Shown: one piece after another, positions 12,101 through 24,397 of the stretch
How the letters are laid out: every line of letters starts with the position of its first letter
Position numbering within the stretch: the first letter of the stretch is position 1
Source: Sminthopsis crassicaudata
Taxonomy: Eukaryota
Direction: 5' to 3'
Length of the DNA: 64,000 nucleotides
Assembly (NCBI RefSeq): GCF_048593235.1
Contig: NC_133618.1
Span: 657,398,361-657,462,360 of the forward strand
Notes under the pieces: model-generated
Told to the model about the DNA's origin: nothing
What the model saw: the letters and a program-made list of their open reading frames with translations, nothing else
The model's database searches: none
Program-made: the position numbers and the translations under genes

Positions 12101-12139
12101 ACACATATATAATATATATTAACATGTATGTGCTGTATG

Positions 12140-12670
12140 CAAATAAAATCTAAGACCTTTTCCCAATAGGTATATGGTCAATGGATATAAATAATTAGTT
12201 CTCAAAAGCAGAATTGGAAACTATTAACAACCATATGAAAGAATGCTCCAATTGTACAAAAAGAAGAGAAATGCAAAGCAAAGCGACTTTTGCTTTCACA
12301 TTCTGCAAACTGGCAGAGATGACAAAAAGGTGCGAATAGTGTCAGAGATGTTGTGGGAAGGCAGGCGTGCAAGTACATTGTTGGTGGAACTGCAAATAAT
12401 GACAACTATTTTGAAAAACAACTTCGAATTATACAAATAAAGTGGGTAAAATGCCCCCCTTCTTTGACTCAGATATTGCAATACATTACTGGTTTTACAC
12501 ACCAAGGAGGCCACTGAGAATAAGAAAGCCCCTTTACTACTTTGTAGCACTTTTATAATAGCAGAGAATTGGAAACAAAGTGTTCACCCCCGATCTGGGA
12601 ATAGCTAAATGAATTGTGGTCCATGAATGTAATGAAGTGTTACCATACTGTAAGAAAAGATGACACAGAA
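12140..12670 (+). mobile_element. Degraded L1 ORF2 C-terminal fragment
   Basis: caaccatatgaaagaatgctcc..agagaaatgcaaagc..cattgttggtggaactgcaaat..gcagagaattggaaacaa motifs. Confidence 0.7.
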
Positions 12671-13413
12671 AAACAGGAGAGCTCTACAAGAACTAATGCA
12701 CAGCCAAGAAAAGGCAATGTAAACCTATTTTAGCACTTAGTAGGTGCTTAATACTTATTCTATTTTTCAAAGAAGAAAGAGACGTTAAAAAACAGTCTGG
12801 AGCCATGTGCAATGTACATGTGTGGACCTGCCCCATCTGCCAAGAAGACAGCCCCTTCCCACCCATTTGCAGGGAGCTCCCCAAGTGTGACACATTGCGC
12901 GCGTTTTCAGACTTTTCCAGTATTTCTTTGGCGCCCTGCCTTTTCTTGTGGTTTTTACAACATTCGCTTTTCTATTTGTGCCCATTGGTTATGCTGATGT
13001 TATCCTTGTTTTTATAAATATTGTTTTATGGGATGACTCTGGAGGAGGGAGGGGAAATATTGAGAGGAAAATACAGTGATGTAAAAGAACAAAAGGGAGC
13101 AATTGGACTTATTTAAAAAAAAAAAAAAAAAAAAGGAAATGAAAAGAAAAAATAAGTCCCCGGTCCCCCTTTTCCTAAGTGGACTGGAGTGAGGAGGGAG
13201 TCCCAGGCTGAGCAGGCGCTTCTGGCCCTTGTTTTGACTTTTCCTCTCCACACATTGACTCCCAGCCAGGAGTGGAGCCTGGGCCTGGATGGGACAGGAG
13301 GGCTGGGAGGCCCGATGCAGGGACCTCCCCCGCCCCAGGGAGCTCCTTTGCTTTTGCAGTTCACGCATCCCAGAAAGAAAACTGGGAGAAGTCGGCTCAT
13401 TGTAAGGGATCGG

Positions 13414-13430
13414 TCGCCCCCTGCCGGCCA
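13414..13430 (-). promoter_or_regulatory. CTCF-motif match TGGCCGGCAGGGGGCGA within a GC-rich intergenic element (~13150-13720)
   Basis: Close match to the CTCF core consensus, in a locally CpG-retaining, repeat-free patch. Confidence 0.6.
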
Positions 13431-14099
13431 CGCAGCTTCGTGCTGGGGCTCGGAGGCACCTGCAGCCTGCTAGGGGCGGCTGTGGCAGCCAGGCCTCTGC
13501 CCCCAGCCAGGCCCCCCCCTCCCGCCCCCCCCCCACACACACACACGAGGGAGAGGGGCGCTTCCAGCTCTCAGGCCTGTGACGGTGGGACTGCTTTAGG
13601 GAGGGAAAAAGAATCAGGATTATCTGAGAGTTATCAGTTGAGGCCCGGGCCTGGGGCGTTTCTAAAGTGGAGGAGGATCCGTAGAAGAGTGGAACCTGAA
13701 TTTTAATGGCAGCTCCACTGCTGACAAGTTGTTAATTCTCAACCCCCACGAGGAGGGACAGTGTAGTAGAGTAGATAGAGAAGGGGCTTCCGAGACTGGA
13801 AGACCTGGCTTTAGGTGTGTGACATTGGGCGGTCACTACACCTCTCACTGGCCTGGCCAACTCCCAAATTTGGGGCTGAAAAGAAAATGTGACCTGCCTG
13901 TAAAGAGAATGCCCTCAGCAGGGAGTTCCCTAAACCAGTGAAATTCTAGGTTCAGACACTGCTAAGGGCCCGGTACACAAAAACACAAGATGGCCCCATC
14001 CTTAAAAGGTGTGCATTCTACTAGAATTGCCTTACTATCGATGACAGCTAACGTTTGTGGCGTGACTACAGTGTGCTTTACAAATATTATTTCACCTCA

Positions 14100-14435
14100 A
14101 CCGTGATCCAAGACAATTCCAATAGCCATTATGATGGGAAATGCCATCTGCACTGCACCCAGAGGGAGAACTGTGGAGCCTAAATGCAGATCAAAGCACA
14201 CAATTTACACTATTGTTGGTGGGTTTTGTTTTTTCCCTTTTGTTCTGATTCTTCTTTCACAACAAGACTAGTGTGGAAATGTTTAAAATAACTGTACATG
14301 CATAACATCTAACAGATCACCTGCTATCTTGGGGGAAAGGGGCAAGAGAAAAAAAAAATTGGAACTCAAAATCTCACAAAAATTAATGTTGAAAATATTC
14401 ATGTAATTGGGAGGAGGGGAATACTAGAGAAAAAA
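14100..14435 (+). mobile_element. L1 3'UTR fragment inserted in a MIR-like element
   Basis: caagacaattccaatag..gaaatgccatctgca..agagggagaactgtggag..aattggaactcaaaatc motifs, with MIR-like flanks. Confidence 0.7.
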
Positions 14436-14786
14436 TTCATTTGATTCTCACCACAACCTGACAGGTAGTATCCCTTTTTTGCAGTTAAGGAAATTGAGGT
14501 AAACAGAAGTTAAATAGCTTGCCCAGGGGCACTACCCAGTGCTCTACCCACTATAGCACCTAGCTGCCTCCCATGACAGGTTGATCAGTAAACACATGAT
14601 GATTTGAGAAAAGAGTACTAGCAATGGGTTTCGGCCTTTCACCAAAATCTTTGCATAAATTCTCGATTTCCACTCAGTTTGACTTTCCACATTACCATCA
14701 ACTTTTGTTCTGCTCCCTCGGTGTCCTCCAAGAAAGGTTTCCAATCTGAAGGGTGGGCACTGAGGCAGAGAGTGGGTAACCTAACT

Positions 14787-15166
14787 AGGCCATTTGGCAG
14801 CAGCAGAGAATGAAGAGGAGTCACGTGGAATAGATCCAGAAGGGTACAGTGGAACCAGACAAGCACAGATGTAAACATCAGCCTGAGTTCCTATGGAAGC
14901 CCAGAGGGAAAGAAACTCATTGAAGATTGTTGAGCAGGGCAGTCACCACTTCATACCTGAGCTTTGGGAAAATCACTTTGACCGTTGTGAGGAAGAGACT
15001 GGAAGGAGGGGTGTCGGTTGGAAGGATATTGCAGTAATTCAGATGAGGGGAGGAGAGGCTGAAGGTGAGTAATGGATCAGCTTGGGGCATGAAGGGCAGG
15101 AACATGGAGGAAACTTCTAAGGCTGCACAGCAGGAGGCTGCCAAGATTCTAGGGCAGAGATGGTCC
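14787..15166. repeat. ~380-400-bp direct repeat, copy A (L2-like core)
   Basis: Colinear with 20621-21026 from ggccatttggcagcagca to atggtcc. Confidence 0.8.
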
Positions 15167-16699
15167 CATCCTACCCAGACCCTTCATGGAGTCACAGTAT
15201 GTCCCAGGGAGGAGACTTGGAGGCCTGGCCCATTCCCTGTACTTCTGCAGCCATTAAGCTCCCCAGACACAGCAGCCAACCAGGGGCCCCTGACGTCTCT
15301 CCTACCTGGAAGCCCCTTGGCCACACCTTCCTGGGAGGAAGCCCAAAGAAGCAGCTTGAACTTGATTTCTCAGGAGCTGCAGATCATAAACTGAGAACTA
15401 AAGGACCAACTCTTCTTGTCAGATAAAAAAAACAGGTCCAAAAATACGGACTTCCTGGAATTCTAGATCTAGAGCTAAATGGTACCTCAAGAGCTAATCT
15501 AATCTGATCCCCTCTTTTTATAGATGAAGAAACCAATGTACAGGGTGACTAAGAGCCAGAATTTGAACCCAGGTCCCGTTTCAGAATCTAGCAACCAACC
15601 AAATTATTGTCTCTTATTTTTGTCTCAAATCCAATGTTTATGAGGCAGATTGTAGATGCTCAAAAAAAATTGTTGGTCAATTTTCCATTTATGGATTGTC
15701 ACTCTAACTTTCGAACACTGTAATGGCCTCAGGCCGCAGGTAGAAAGAAGTTCCATTCTTGGGAAGTTCCCTTTCCCCACAAATACAAGGGAGGATCTCA
15801 GATTTCTTCTACAAATAGCAGATATTTACATATTTTGCATCACAAATATTTCCAGCTTCCCATCTTTGGGAATTCATTACCTATTTAGACCTGGAACAAA
15901 ATATTAACCCACTACAAGCCTAATTCAATAATAATCAACAGGAAACTTTGGCCAAAGGAAAAAATAAATAAACCATTACCTCATGGTGGAATGACTCAAG
16001 GGATATCATTTACTTTCTCTCTGGAATATTTAGGGCAAAGATTTGTGGACTTGCACCAATATGCCCAGAAGCCGAAGCCAAGTCAAATGATCATTTTTGT
16101 TTAGTCACTAATCTGCACCATGCCTGTCCCAAAGCAATTCTTTTCCAGGGATCTCCAGTGGTTGGTTTGTCATTCCATGGGCACAAGAATGGAATTGGGT
16201 CTTCAAAACTTCCATTAGTTAAGGGGTAATGTGAAATAGTGGAAAGAGCACTAAGGTTGAAATCAATGAAAAGGCAATCCTTTTTTAATAAATACTTTCC
16301 CCCAGATACATGCAAATATATATATTTTGCCAAAAGGTACCTTTATTTAGGAGAAGAGATTACAGACAAAATGAAGAGGTGAAATAGGCACCAGGAGTGG
16401 TAAACATGAAACAGATGGAGAGCAATAGGGTTAAGCAAGGACAGAGGTTTGGATGAAGTCATTAAAGGACTATATTGTTATAAATGCCACTTAGATGTCA
16501 GTATGCCATTGACTGGCAGCAAAATCCATAAAGAAGTTTAGCAGACTAATCAGTTAGCTATATTAAAGAGAAAGACATCATTAAAGCGAAGACACTATGA
16601 GGAGAAGAGCACCTCATAAATCCTGAAAAGGACTAGCTAAAGATAATTTTTAACATTCATTTTTTAAACATTCATTTAGACATTTTAAAATGTCTGACT

Positions 16700-17321
16700 A
16701 TACAAAACATATTACCATATTAGTCACATGAAAGAAGACACAGACCCAAAGGGAAAAAATTGAGAAAAAATACAAAACGTGAAAAATAGTTTGCTTCAAT
16801 TTGAATTTAAACTCTTCAGTTCTTTCTCTGGAGATGGACAGCATTTTTTCATCATGAGTCCTTTGGAATTGTCTTGAATCACTATATTCCTGAAAATAGG
16901 TAATGTATTCACATTGATCAGTCTTTAGTAGTATTGCTGTATACAATGTCCTCTTGGTTTTGCTCATTTGCTTTCCAGGTTTTTCTGAAATCTGCCTGCT
17001 AACCATTTATATTCCATTGTAAACATACAGCGCAACTTCTTCAGCAGGATTCCCCAAGTGATGGGCTTCCCCTCAATTTCCAGTTCTTTGTCAACACAAA
17101 AACAGCTGCTATATTTTTATACAAATAGGTCTTACCTCCCCTGCCACTTTTTAATCTCTGAGATAAGAGACCTATTAATTGAAGTGGTATTGCTGGCTCA
17201 AAGGGTATGCAGCATTTGATAGTCCAAATTGCTCTCCAGAAAGGTTGCATCAGTTTACAACTCCACCAACAGTGCATCGGTGTCCCAATTTTTCCACATT
17301 CCCTTAACATTTATTATTTTC
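16700..17321 (-). mobile_element. Older antisense L1 (3'UTR plus ORF2 end), interrupted by a younger L1 and resuming at 18954-19042
   Basis: Minus-strand ORF 17041-17310 (CGKIGTPMHCWWSCKLMQPFWRAIW..IPFEPAIPL) is the L1 ORF2 C-terminus; the sequence continues after the TSD at 18954. Confidence 0.85.
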
Positions 17322-18937
17322 TAAAAGGTCAAGAATTGCAAGGGAATTAATGAAAAAAAAGTCAGAGGAAGATGGTCTAAGTGTACCTGATCTAAAGCTA
17401 TATTATATAGTAGCAGTCACCAAAACCATTTGATATTGGCTAAGAAATAGACCGGTAGATCAGTGGAACAGATTAGATACAAAGGACAAAAAAAGGGTAC
17501 ATCTATAGCAATCTAATCTTTGACAAACCCAAAGATACCAACATTAGGGATAAAAATTCATTATTTGGAAAAAACTGTTGGGAAAACTGGAAATTAGTAT
17601 GGCAGAAATTAGATATGGAACCACACTTAACACCATATACCAAGATAAGATCAAAATGGGTCCATGATTTAGGCATAAAGAATGAGATAATAAATAGATT
17701 AGAGAAACAGAAAATAGTCTACCTCTCAGACCTGTGGAGGAGGAAGGAATTTATGACAAGAGGAGAACTAGAGATCATTATTGATCACAAAATAGAAGAT
17801 TTTGATTACATCAAACTAAAAAGTTTCTGTATAAACAATACTAATGCAAACAAGATTAGAAGAGAAGTAAAAAATTGGGAAAATATTTTTAAAGTTAAAG
17901 GTTCTGACAAGGTCTCATTTCCAAAATATATAGAGAACTGACCCTAATTTATAAGAAATCAAACCATTCTCCAATTGATAAATGGTCAAAGGATATGAAC
18001 AGACAATTCTCAGATGATGAAATTGAAACTATATCCACTCATATGAAAGTGTTCCAAATCACTACTGATCAGAGAAATGCAAATTAAGATAACTCTGAGA
18101 TATCATTACACACCTGTCAGATTGGCTAAGATGACAGGAACAAATAACGATGAATGTTGGAGGGGATGTGGGAAAACTGGGACACTGATACATTGTTGGT
18201 GGAGTTGTGAAAGAATCCAACCATTCTGAAGAGCAATTTGGAACTATGCCCAAAAAGTTATCAAACTGTGCATACCCTTTGATCCAGCATTGCTGCTATT
18301 GGGCTTATATCCCAAAGAATTACTAAAGAGCTGAAAGGGACCTGTATGTGCCAAAATGTTTGTGGCAGCTCTTTTTGTTGTAGCTAGAAACTGGAAGATG
18401 AATGGATGTCCATCAATTGGAGAATGGTTGGGTAAATTGTGATATATGAATATTATGGAATATTATTGCTCTGCAAGAAATGACCAGCAGGAGGAATACA
18501 GAGAGGCTTGGAGAGACTTACATCAACTGATGCTGAGGGAAATGAATAGAACCAGAAGATCGCTGTACACTTCAATGCTGTATGAAGAGGTATTCTGATA
18601 GAAGTGGATATCTTCAACATAAAGAAGATCCAACTCACTTCCAGTTGATCAATGATGGACAGAAACAACTACACCCAGAGAAGGAACATTGGGAATTGAA
18701 TGTAAATTGTTAGCACTACTGTCTATCTACTCAGGTTACTTATACCTTCGGAATCCAATACTTAACATGCAACAAGAAAATGGTATTTACACACATATAT
18801 TGTATCTAGGTTTTAATGTAACACATGTAAAATGTATGGGATTGCCTGTCACCGGGGGGGAGGGAGTGGAGGGAGGGGGGGATAATTTGGAAAAATGAAT
18901 ACAAGGGATAATCTTATAAAAAATAAATAAATAAATA
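17322..18937 (+). mobile_element. Relatively young 5'-truncated L1 (~1.6 kb: ORF2 C-terminal part with stops and frameshifts, 3'UTR, (TAAA)n tail)
   Basis: ORF 17615-17941 MEPHLTPYTKIRSKWVHDLGIK..DYIKLKSFC; perfect 16-bp TSD aacatttattattttc at 17306-17321 and 18938-18953. Confidence 0.95.
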
Positions 18938-19873
18938 AACATTTATTATTTTCCTTTTCTGTCACAATAACTAATGATAGGCGAAATGGTACCTCAGTCA
19001 TTTTAATTTGTACTTCTTAAATCAATAGTGAATTAGAGCACTGAAAAGGCAATTCTTAAAAGAAACAAAAATTGACAAAACACATAAAAAATGTTCAAAA
19101 GATCTGATAACCTGATGTCAAACTGGCAAAGGCAATAAAAGCTGACAATTCAGTGATGACAACCAACCAAGAGGCACACAGGTTTCGTGCTGGTAGTGCT
19201 TTGAATGGGTTCAATCATTCTAGAAAGTGATAGACTTGTGTGCTCAGTAGTCCTACCACCAGGAGTACATGTGCCCCAAGGAAGTTGACGGGGAAAAAGA
19301 CCTATGCCTACAAAAACACACTATTTGTAACAGCAAAAAAATATAAACCAAACTAAATATCTGGCCATTGAAAGGCTAAGTAAATCATGGTAATGCAATG
19401 AAAAATGGAAATGTGGTTTGGCATACTGGATGGAGAGCCAGTCAAGGCAGAGAATCAACTCAACCCATGTGAACCTGGAAAAGTACCAACCTCTGAGCCT
19501 CAATTTCCCTATCTTTTCAACTGTAAAATGAGAGAACTGAACAAGAGGAGTCCTTTATGACTCCAGAGCTAATATAGGCTTTGTGCCACTAGGCAACCCA
19601 CAACTCCCTAGTTCCATAGGCAACTCTACAAAACATTTTCAGATACACTTGGATATAAAAGTAGGCAGGAGATAATAGTGGAGAATGCTGAGCTGGAACC
19701 AGGAAAACTGCCTCAGAGACCTTACTAGCTGAGAAAGTATTTAAACTCTCTGCCTCAGATTCCCCATCTACAAAACTGAGATAATAGCATCTGCTTTCCT
19801 GACTCAAGATAAAATGAGATATGTATGTGTATTTTGCAAACCTTAAATCACTGCATATATAAGTATACACACA

Positions 19874-20467
19874 CGGCTAGAAACTGGAAAATGAATGGAT
19901 GCCCATCAATTGGAGAATGGTTGGGTAAATTGTGGTATATGAATGTTATGGAATATTATTGTTCTGTGAGAAATGACCAGCAGGAGGAATACAGAGAGGC
20001 TTGGAGAGACTTACATGAACTGATGCTGAGTGAAATGAGCAGAACCAGGAGATCATTATACACTTCAACGACGATACTATATGAGGATGTATTCTGATGG
20101 AAGTGGATATCTTTGACAAAGAGAAGATTCACTTCTAGTTAATCAATGATGGACAGAATCAGCTAAACCCAGAGAAGGAACATGGGAAATGAGTGTGAAC
20201 TGTTTGCATTTTTGTTTTTCTTCCCAAGTTATTTTTACCTTCTGAATCCAATTCTTCCTGTGTAACAAGAGAACTGTTCGGTTCTACAATATATCATATT
20301 GTATCTAGGATATAATATAACATATTTAACATGTATAAGACTGCCTGCCATCTAGGGGAGAGGGTGGAGGGAGGGAAGGGAAAAATTGGAACAGAAGTGA
20401 GTGCAAGGGATAATGTTGTAAAAAATTATCCAGGCATATATTCTGTCAAAAATTTATTTAAAAAAAA
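19874..20467 (+). mobile_element. 5'-truncated L1 3' end
   Basis: ARNWKMNGCPSIGEWLGKLWYMNVMEYYCSVRND translation; 13-bp TSD aagtatacacaca at 19861-19873 and 20468-20480. Confidence 0.92.
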
Positions 20468-20620
20468 AAGTATACACACATACACACACATACATACACA
20501 TATATATGCTAATATGAAGAAAAATACATATAGATATAACAAATGTAAATGCTAGCCATCATTTTTAGATTATGCTAAAATATTAGAGGCATTAGCTACT
20601 TGAGTACATTTCAGGCATTA

Positions 20621-21026
20621 AGGTCATTTGGCAGCAGCATAAAATGAATGGAGTCACATGGAACAGATCTGGAAGAGTACAGTGGAGCCAGACAAGCAAG
20701 GGCTGTAAATGCCAGCCTGAGTTTGGGTGGAAATCCAGAGGGAAGAAGCAGCTATTGAAGATTTTTGAGCAGAGCAGTGACCACTTCATACCTGAGCTTT
20801 GGGTAAGTTCCTCTCTGATAGTTGTGAGGAGTGGAAGGACGTGTGTGAGGATGTCAGAAGAATACTGCAGTCATCCAGGTGAGGGTGATGGTTGAGTAGA
20901 GAGATGTGTGAAGACAGGCTTGACGGGCTTGGGAATGATTAGATGGGAATGAGGGGTAGGTGATGAGGAAGACATTCTAAGGCTGCAAACAAGGAGGTTG
21001 CCATGATTCCAGAGCAAAAATGGTCC
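20621..21026. repeat. ~380-400-bp direct repeat, copy B (L2-like core)
   Basis: Colinear with 14787-15166; shares blocks such as accacttcatacctgagctttggg and ttctaaggctgca. Confidence 0.8.
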
Positions 21027-24000
21027 AGGTTATGTGACCCAAAGGTAGTTATCTACAATGACTCTGTCTGGGCCCACCTTCTCTTCTCCCTCTATATTGT
21101 TCTATTCCACTTGATGACTTAATCAGCTCCTATGGTTTCAATTCACGTCTCTAGGTTGATCATTCTCAGATCTGCTTATCCAGCCCTTTTTAACCTACAG
21201 AATCGAATTTCCAACTGACACCTGTGTGCGCATGTGTGTGTATGTATATATACACACATATTTGTACATATATGTCTACATGTTATTTTCCCCACTTGAC
21301 TGTGAGATCCTCAAGAGAGGGACTATCTTTTTCTGGTTTTTGTATTCCTTATATTTAACACAAAGCCTGGCACTTAATACTTATTGGCTGGCTGAATAAT
21401 GGGAAGGAGTTCCCAAAAACCCAATTAAGTCACAGGTTTGGAAAAAATGTTTATAAGGATTCAACACAATACAGTATAACTCTTATAAAGTCTTTTAAAG
21501 AGTTTAAAAAAAAATTGAACCAAAAGAACATAACTATGTGAACACACAGAAAAGTACCCCAAAAAGGACTGAGAAAATATAGTGTGATACTCTCAGAGTT
21601 AAAGAACAGGAGGGGAAAGGGGATCCACCCTCAGAATCTAGTGGTCCATTTTTCTGATTTCCAGGGTCGTATTAGGGAAGGTGTGGAATAGTTATAGGTC
21701 TCCAAAAATGTCTTCTGAGGCCTTTTTTGGGAGGGGAGGGGGGAAGCTCCAAAAAGGAGCCTCAATACCATTGTCTTAATTCTGAGATTCAATTTACCCC
21801 CCCCCCCTCTTGTATGTACAGTTGTTTGTATATTGTCTTTCCCTATCCCCAATCAGAATGTGAGTTGAGGACAGGGACTGTTTTTGCCAAATTGCCTTCC
21901 CGCTCTAATATTTGAATTAGTTAACTAATTGATCCTCTTTATTTTGTAGTGTGAAGGGGAAACTGGGCCAGAGAAGGGCCAGCTTCAATTGGGAAGGTCT
22001 CCTCCCAATAACTCTCCTAGTCCTTCCACTGGTTAATATTCATTTGGATTAAGGTCATACTCTTTTAGAATGCAAATACCTATCAGTCATTTATAGCATA
22101 GTATTAATTAATCATAAAGCCCAAACAGCTACCAATTAATACATTAATTCAGCAAACATTTATTAAGGCCTATATTAAGTGCAAAGGCTACACAGATAAC
22201 AAATAACAGCCCTATCATTGCAGCTTACATATATAAGCTCATTAAAAACTAAGAGAAGGGAAATTTGATTTGAGATGAAACATAATTTTCAAGCCTTAGA
22301 TAATCTGAAAAAGGGAAAACCTGAACCAAGTCCTTTAGCAGGAACCTGGACCTGCCCAGAGAATAATAAAGCAGAGAGAAGAAAAGATAGGTGTTGAACG
22401 AAGGTATGGATTGATTCCAATCACATGTAACTTTACTGATGCTGTTTTTGATAATTCTATGTATGTCCTGCATAAATTAAATTATGACTTTTCCCATGAG
22501 GATTCACTGGGAATCTTCTCTTTGAACTACTCACACCTGGGAATCTTCTTTCCCAAAGAACAAAATTCTGCTCAATCCTTTCCTTAGTCTTAGATTAGTG
22601 GCAATCCTATCCAATGTAATAAAAGTCTTGTTTCTAGAAAAAAAAAGCACAGTCCTCACCCTGTTTATTTGTTCAACAAATGCTCACCTTGAACCCTTCT
22701 ACGTAAAGGCACCCTGCTAAGTGGAAGGCATAAAGAGGTAGAAGCAACTCCTTGTACAATTATCTAGAAACGAAATAGAGAGATGCAATAAGGCTCCAAG
22801 TGAGACTCAGAGGATGGAGTTATTCAGAAATTATTCATCCAGTGGAGGAAATGGGGGGAATGGGAGGAAGTGGGAGAAGTTAGAGGTAAAGTGAAGTCTG
22901 AGTTTAAGGAATGACAAGTAGTTTATTTTAAAGGCAAGTTGTGACTACAGCAGCATTCAGATCTGAGAAATGCAAAGGCAGACCCATTTGGTAACGTTTT
23001 TCACATCCAGAATGTTCTTTCCTCTATTCTAGTCCATCCTCTCCAACGGTCAGACTGATTTTTTTGAAGTGCAAGTGATCGTGTCATTCTCCTAATAAAC
23101 TCCTGTAACTGCCTATCACCTCTAGGATCAAACAGACTCCTCCCCCCCCCCACCCCGTGTACAAAGTCCTTCATCACCTGCTTCATCCTTCACCTTTCTA
23201 GTCTTTTCAAATATACTCTTTGATGCAGTGATATCAGCATTGCGGTTCTTCTCATAAGAAGCCCCATCTCCTAACCCCAAGCGTTTTCTTTGGTTGTCCC
23301 TCAGGTCTGGAAAACTCTCCCTGCTCTGTCTGCGCGCTCCCTTCAGTCCCAGCTTCTGCTCCCTCCTTCTACAAGGAGCTTCCCGGATCCCCAGGGTCAG
23401 GGCCTCCCGCCAGTTACCTCCAATTCTCTCTCCTGCTTGTACACAGCCGTTTGCATGTAGAAAGGCTCTATTCCTCCGTTAAAATAGAAGACCCTCGGGA
23501 ACAGGCGTTGGCTCTGTACGGCCCGCCTCGGGGCCCAGCGAAATGCCTATGTTTGTTAACCGATTGGTTGCTAAGGAAACAAGTCCCCCTCTGGCTTGGC
23601 CCCTTCCCACGACTCCCTTGGGCCTCTAGGGTAAAACACAAAGGGCCACAACGGCGCTTGCCTCCTTTCCAGCCCGGCTTCTGCGTCTCCGAGGAGATTT
23701 CACACACACCCCCCGGCCCCCTCCCTGCCCCCTCCCTGCCCCGCCCCGGAGTCCCCCGGCCCATCTCTCCCACTTGAAATCCTTGGTTGCCACGTCCGAG
23801 GCTTTCCCGGCCCCTCGTTTCTCTCCCCAGTTCTCTCGCACGTATCTGTTCCGACGCTGAGGGCAGCACGGTGGGGCGGAGGCGCCAAGATGTGGGTTCG
23901 AGGCCGGCCTCCCGCCAGGCCGGGCCGGGCGCCTCTCGGGAGCCGCCGTACGTCTGCGGCGGCCAGCGCGGGCCCGGCACGAGTGCCCCACGGCGGGCTG

Positions 24001-24397
24001 ACTCAAGTCCTCCAGAGGGCGGGGCGGTGCTTCCCTTCGGCCGTCCCCACGCCGGGCTTCAAGGGAATCGCAGGCAGAAGGGCCCGTACAAAGTGACCAC
24101 AAGGTCCGCTGGGTGCGAGCTGAGAATTCGGAAAACTACGGCTCGGAGAGGCACAAGGAAGCCGTGACCCCGGCCGCCGAAGGCCCCGCGGGCCGCCCGC
24201 TCCGGGGGCCAAACCCTCTCCCGCCGGCTCCGCACCGGCCTTGGGCGCAGAAGGCCGCAGCTGGGAAGAGGGTGTTGTGACGTCATCTCTCCGCGCCGCC
24301 ACCGCCCCCCCCCACTTTCCTACGCGCCGGTCGCTGGCGAAAGCCGCCTTCCCCACCGGCCTCCGTCCGCCTCCCTGCCTCGCGCCCCGGTTCCGCC

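Noticed and set aside
17615-17941. L1 ORF2-like ORF as a functional gene
   Set aside because: It is part of a 5'-truncated L1 with in-frame stops and frameshifts (e.g. tga in aaccatttgatattgg); not retrotransposition-competent.
21390-22650. LTR-like AT-rich segments at ~21400-21780 and ~22390-22650 (also ~57610-58150)
   Set aside because: Some hallmarks are present (AATAAA, short internal repeats) but there are no definable TG..CA ends or TSDs; they cannot be supported without a repeat search.
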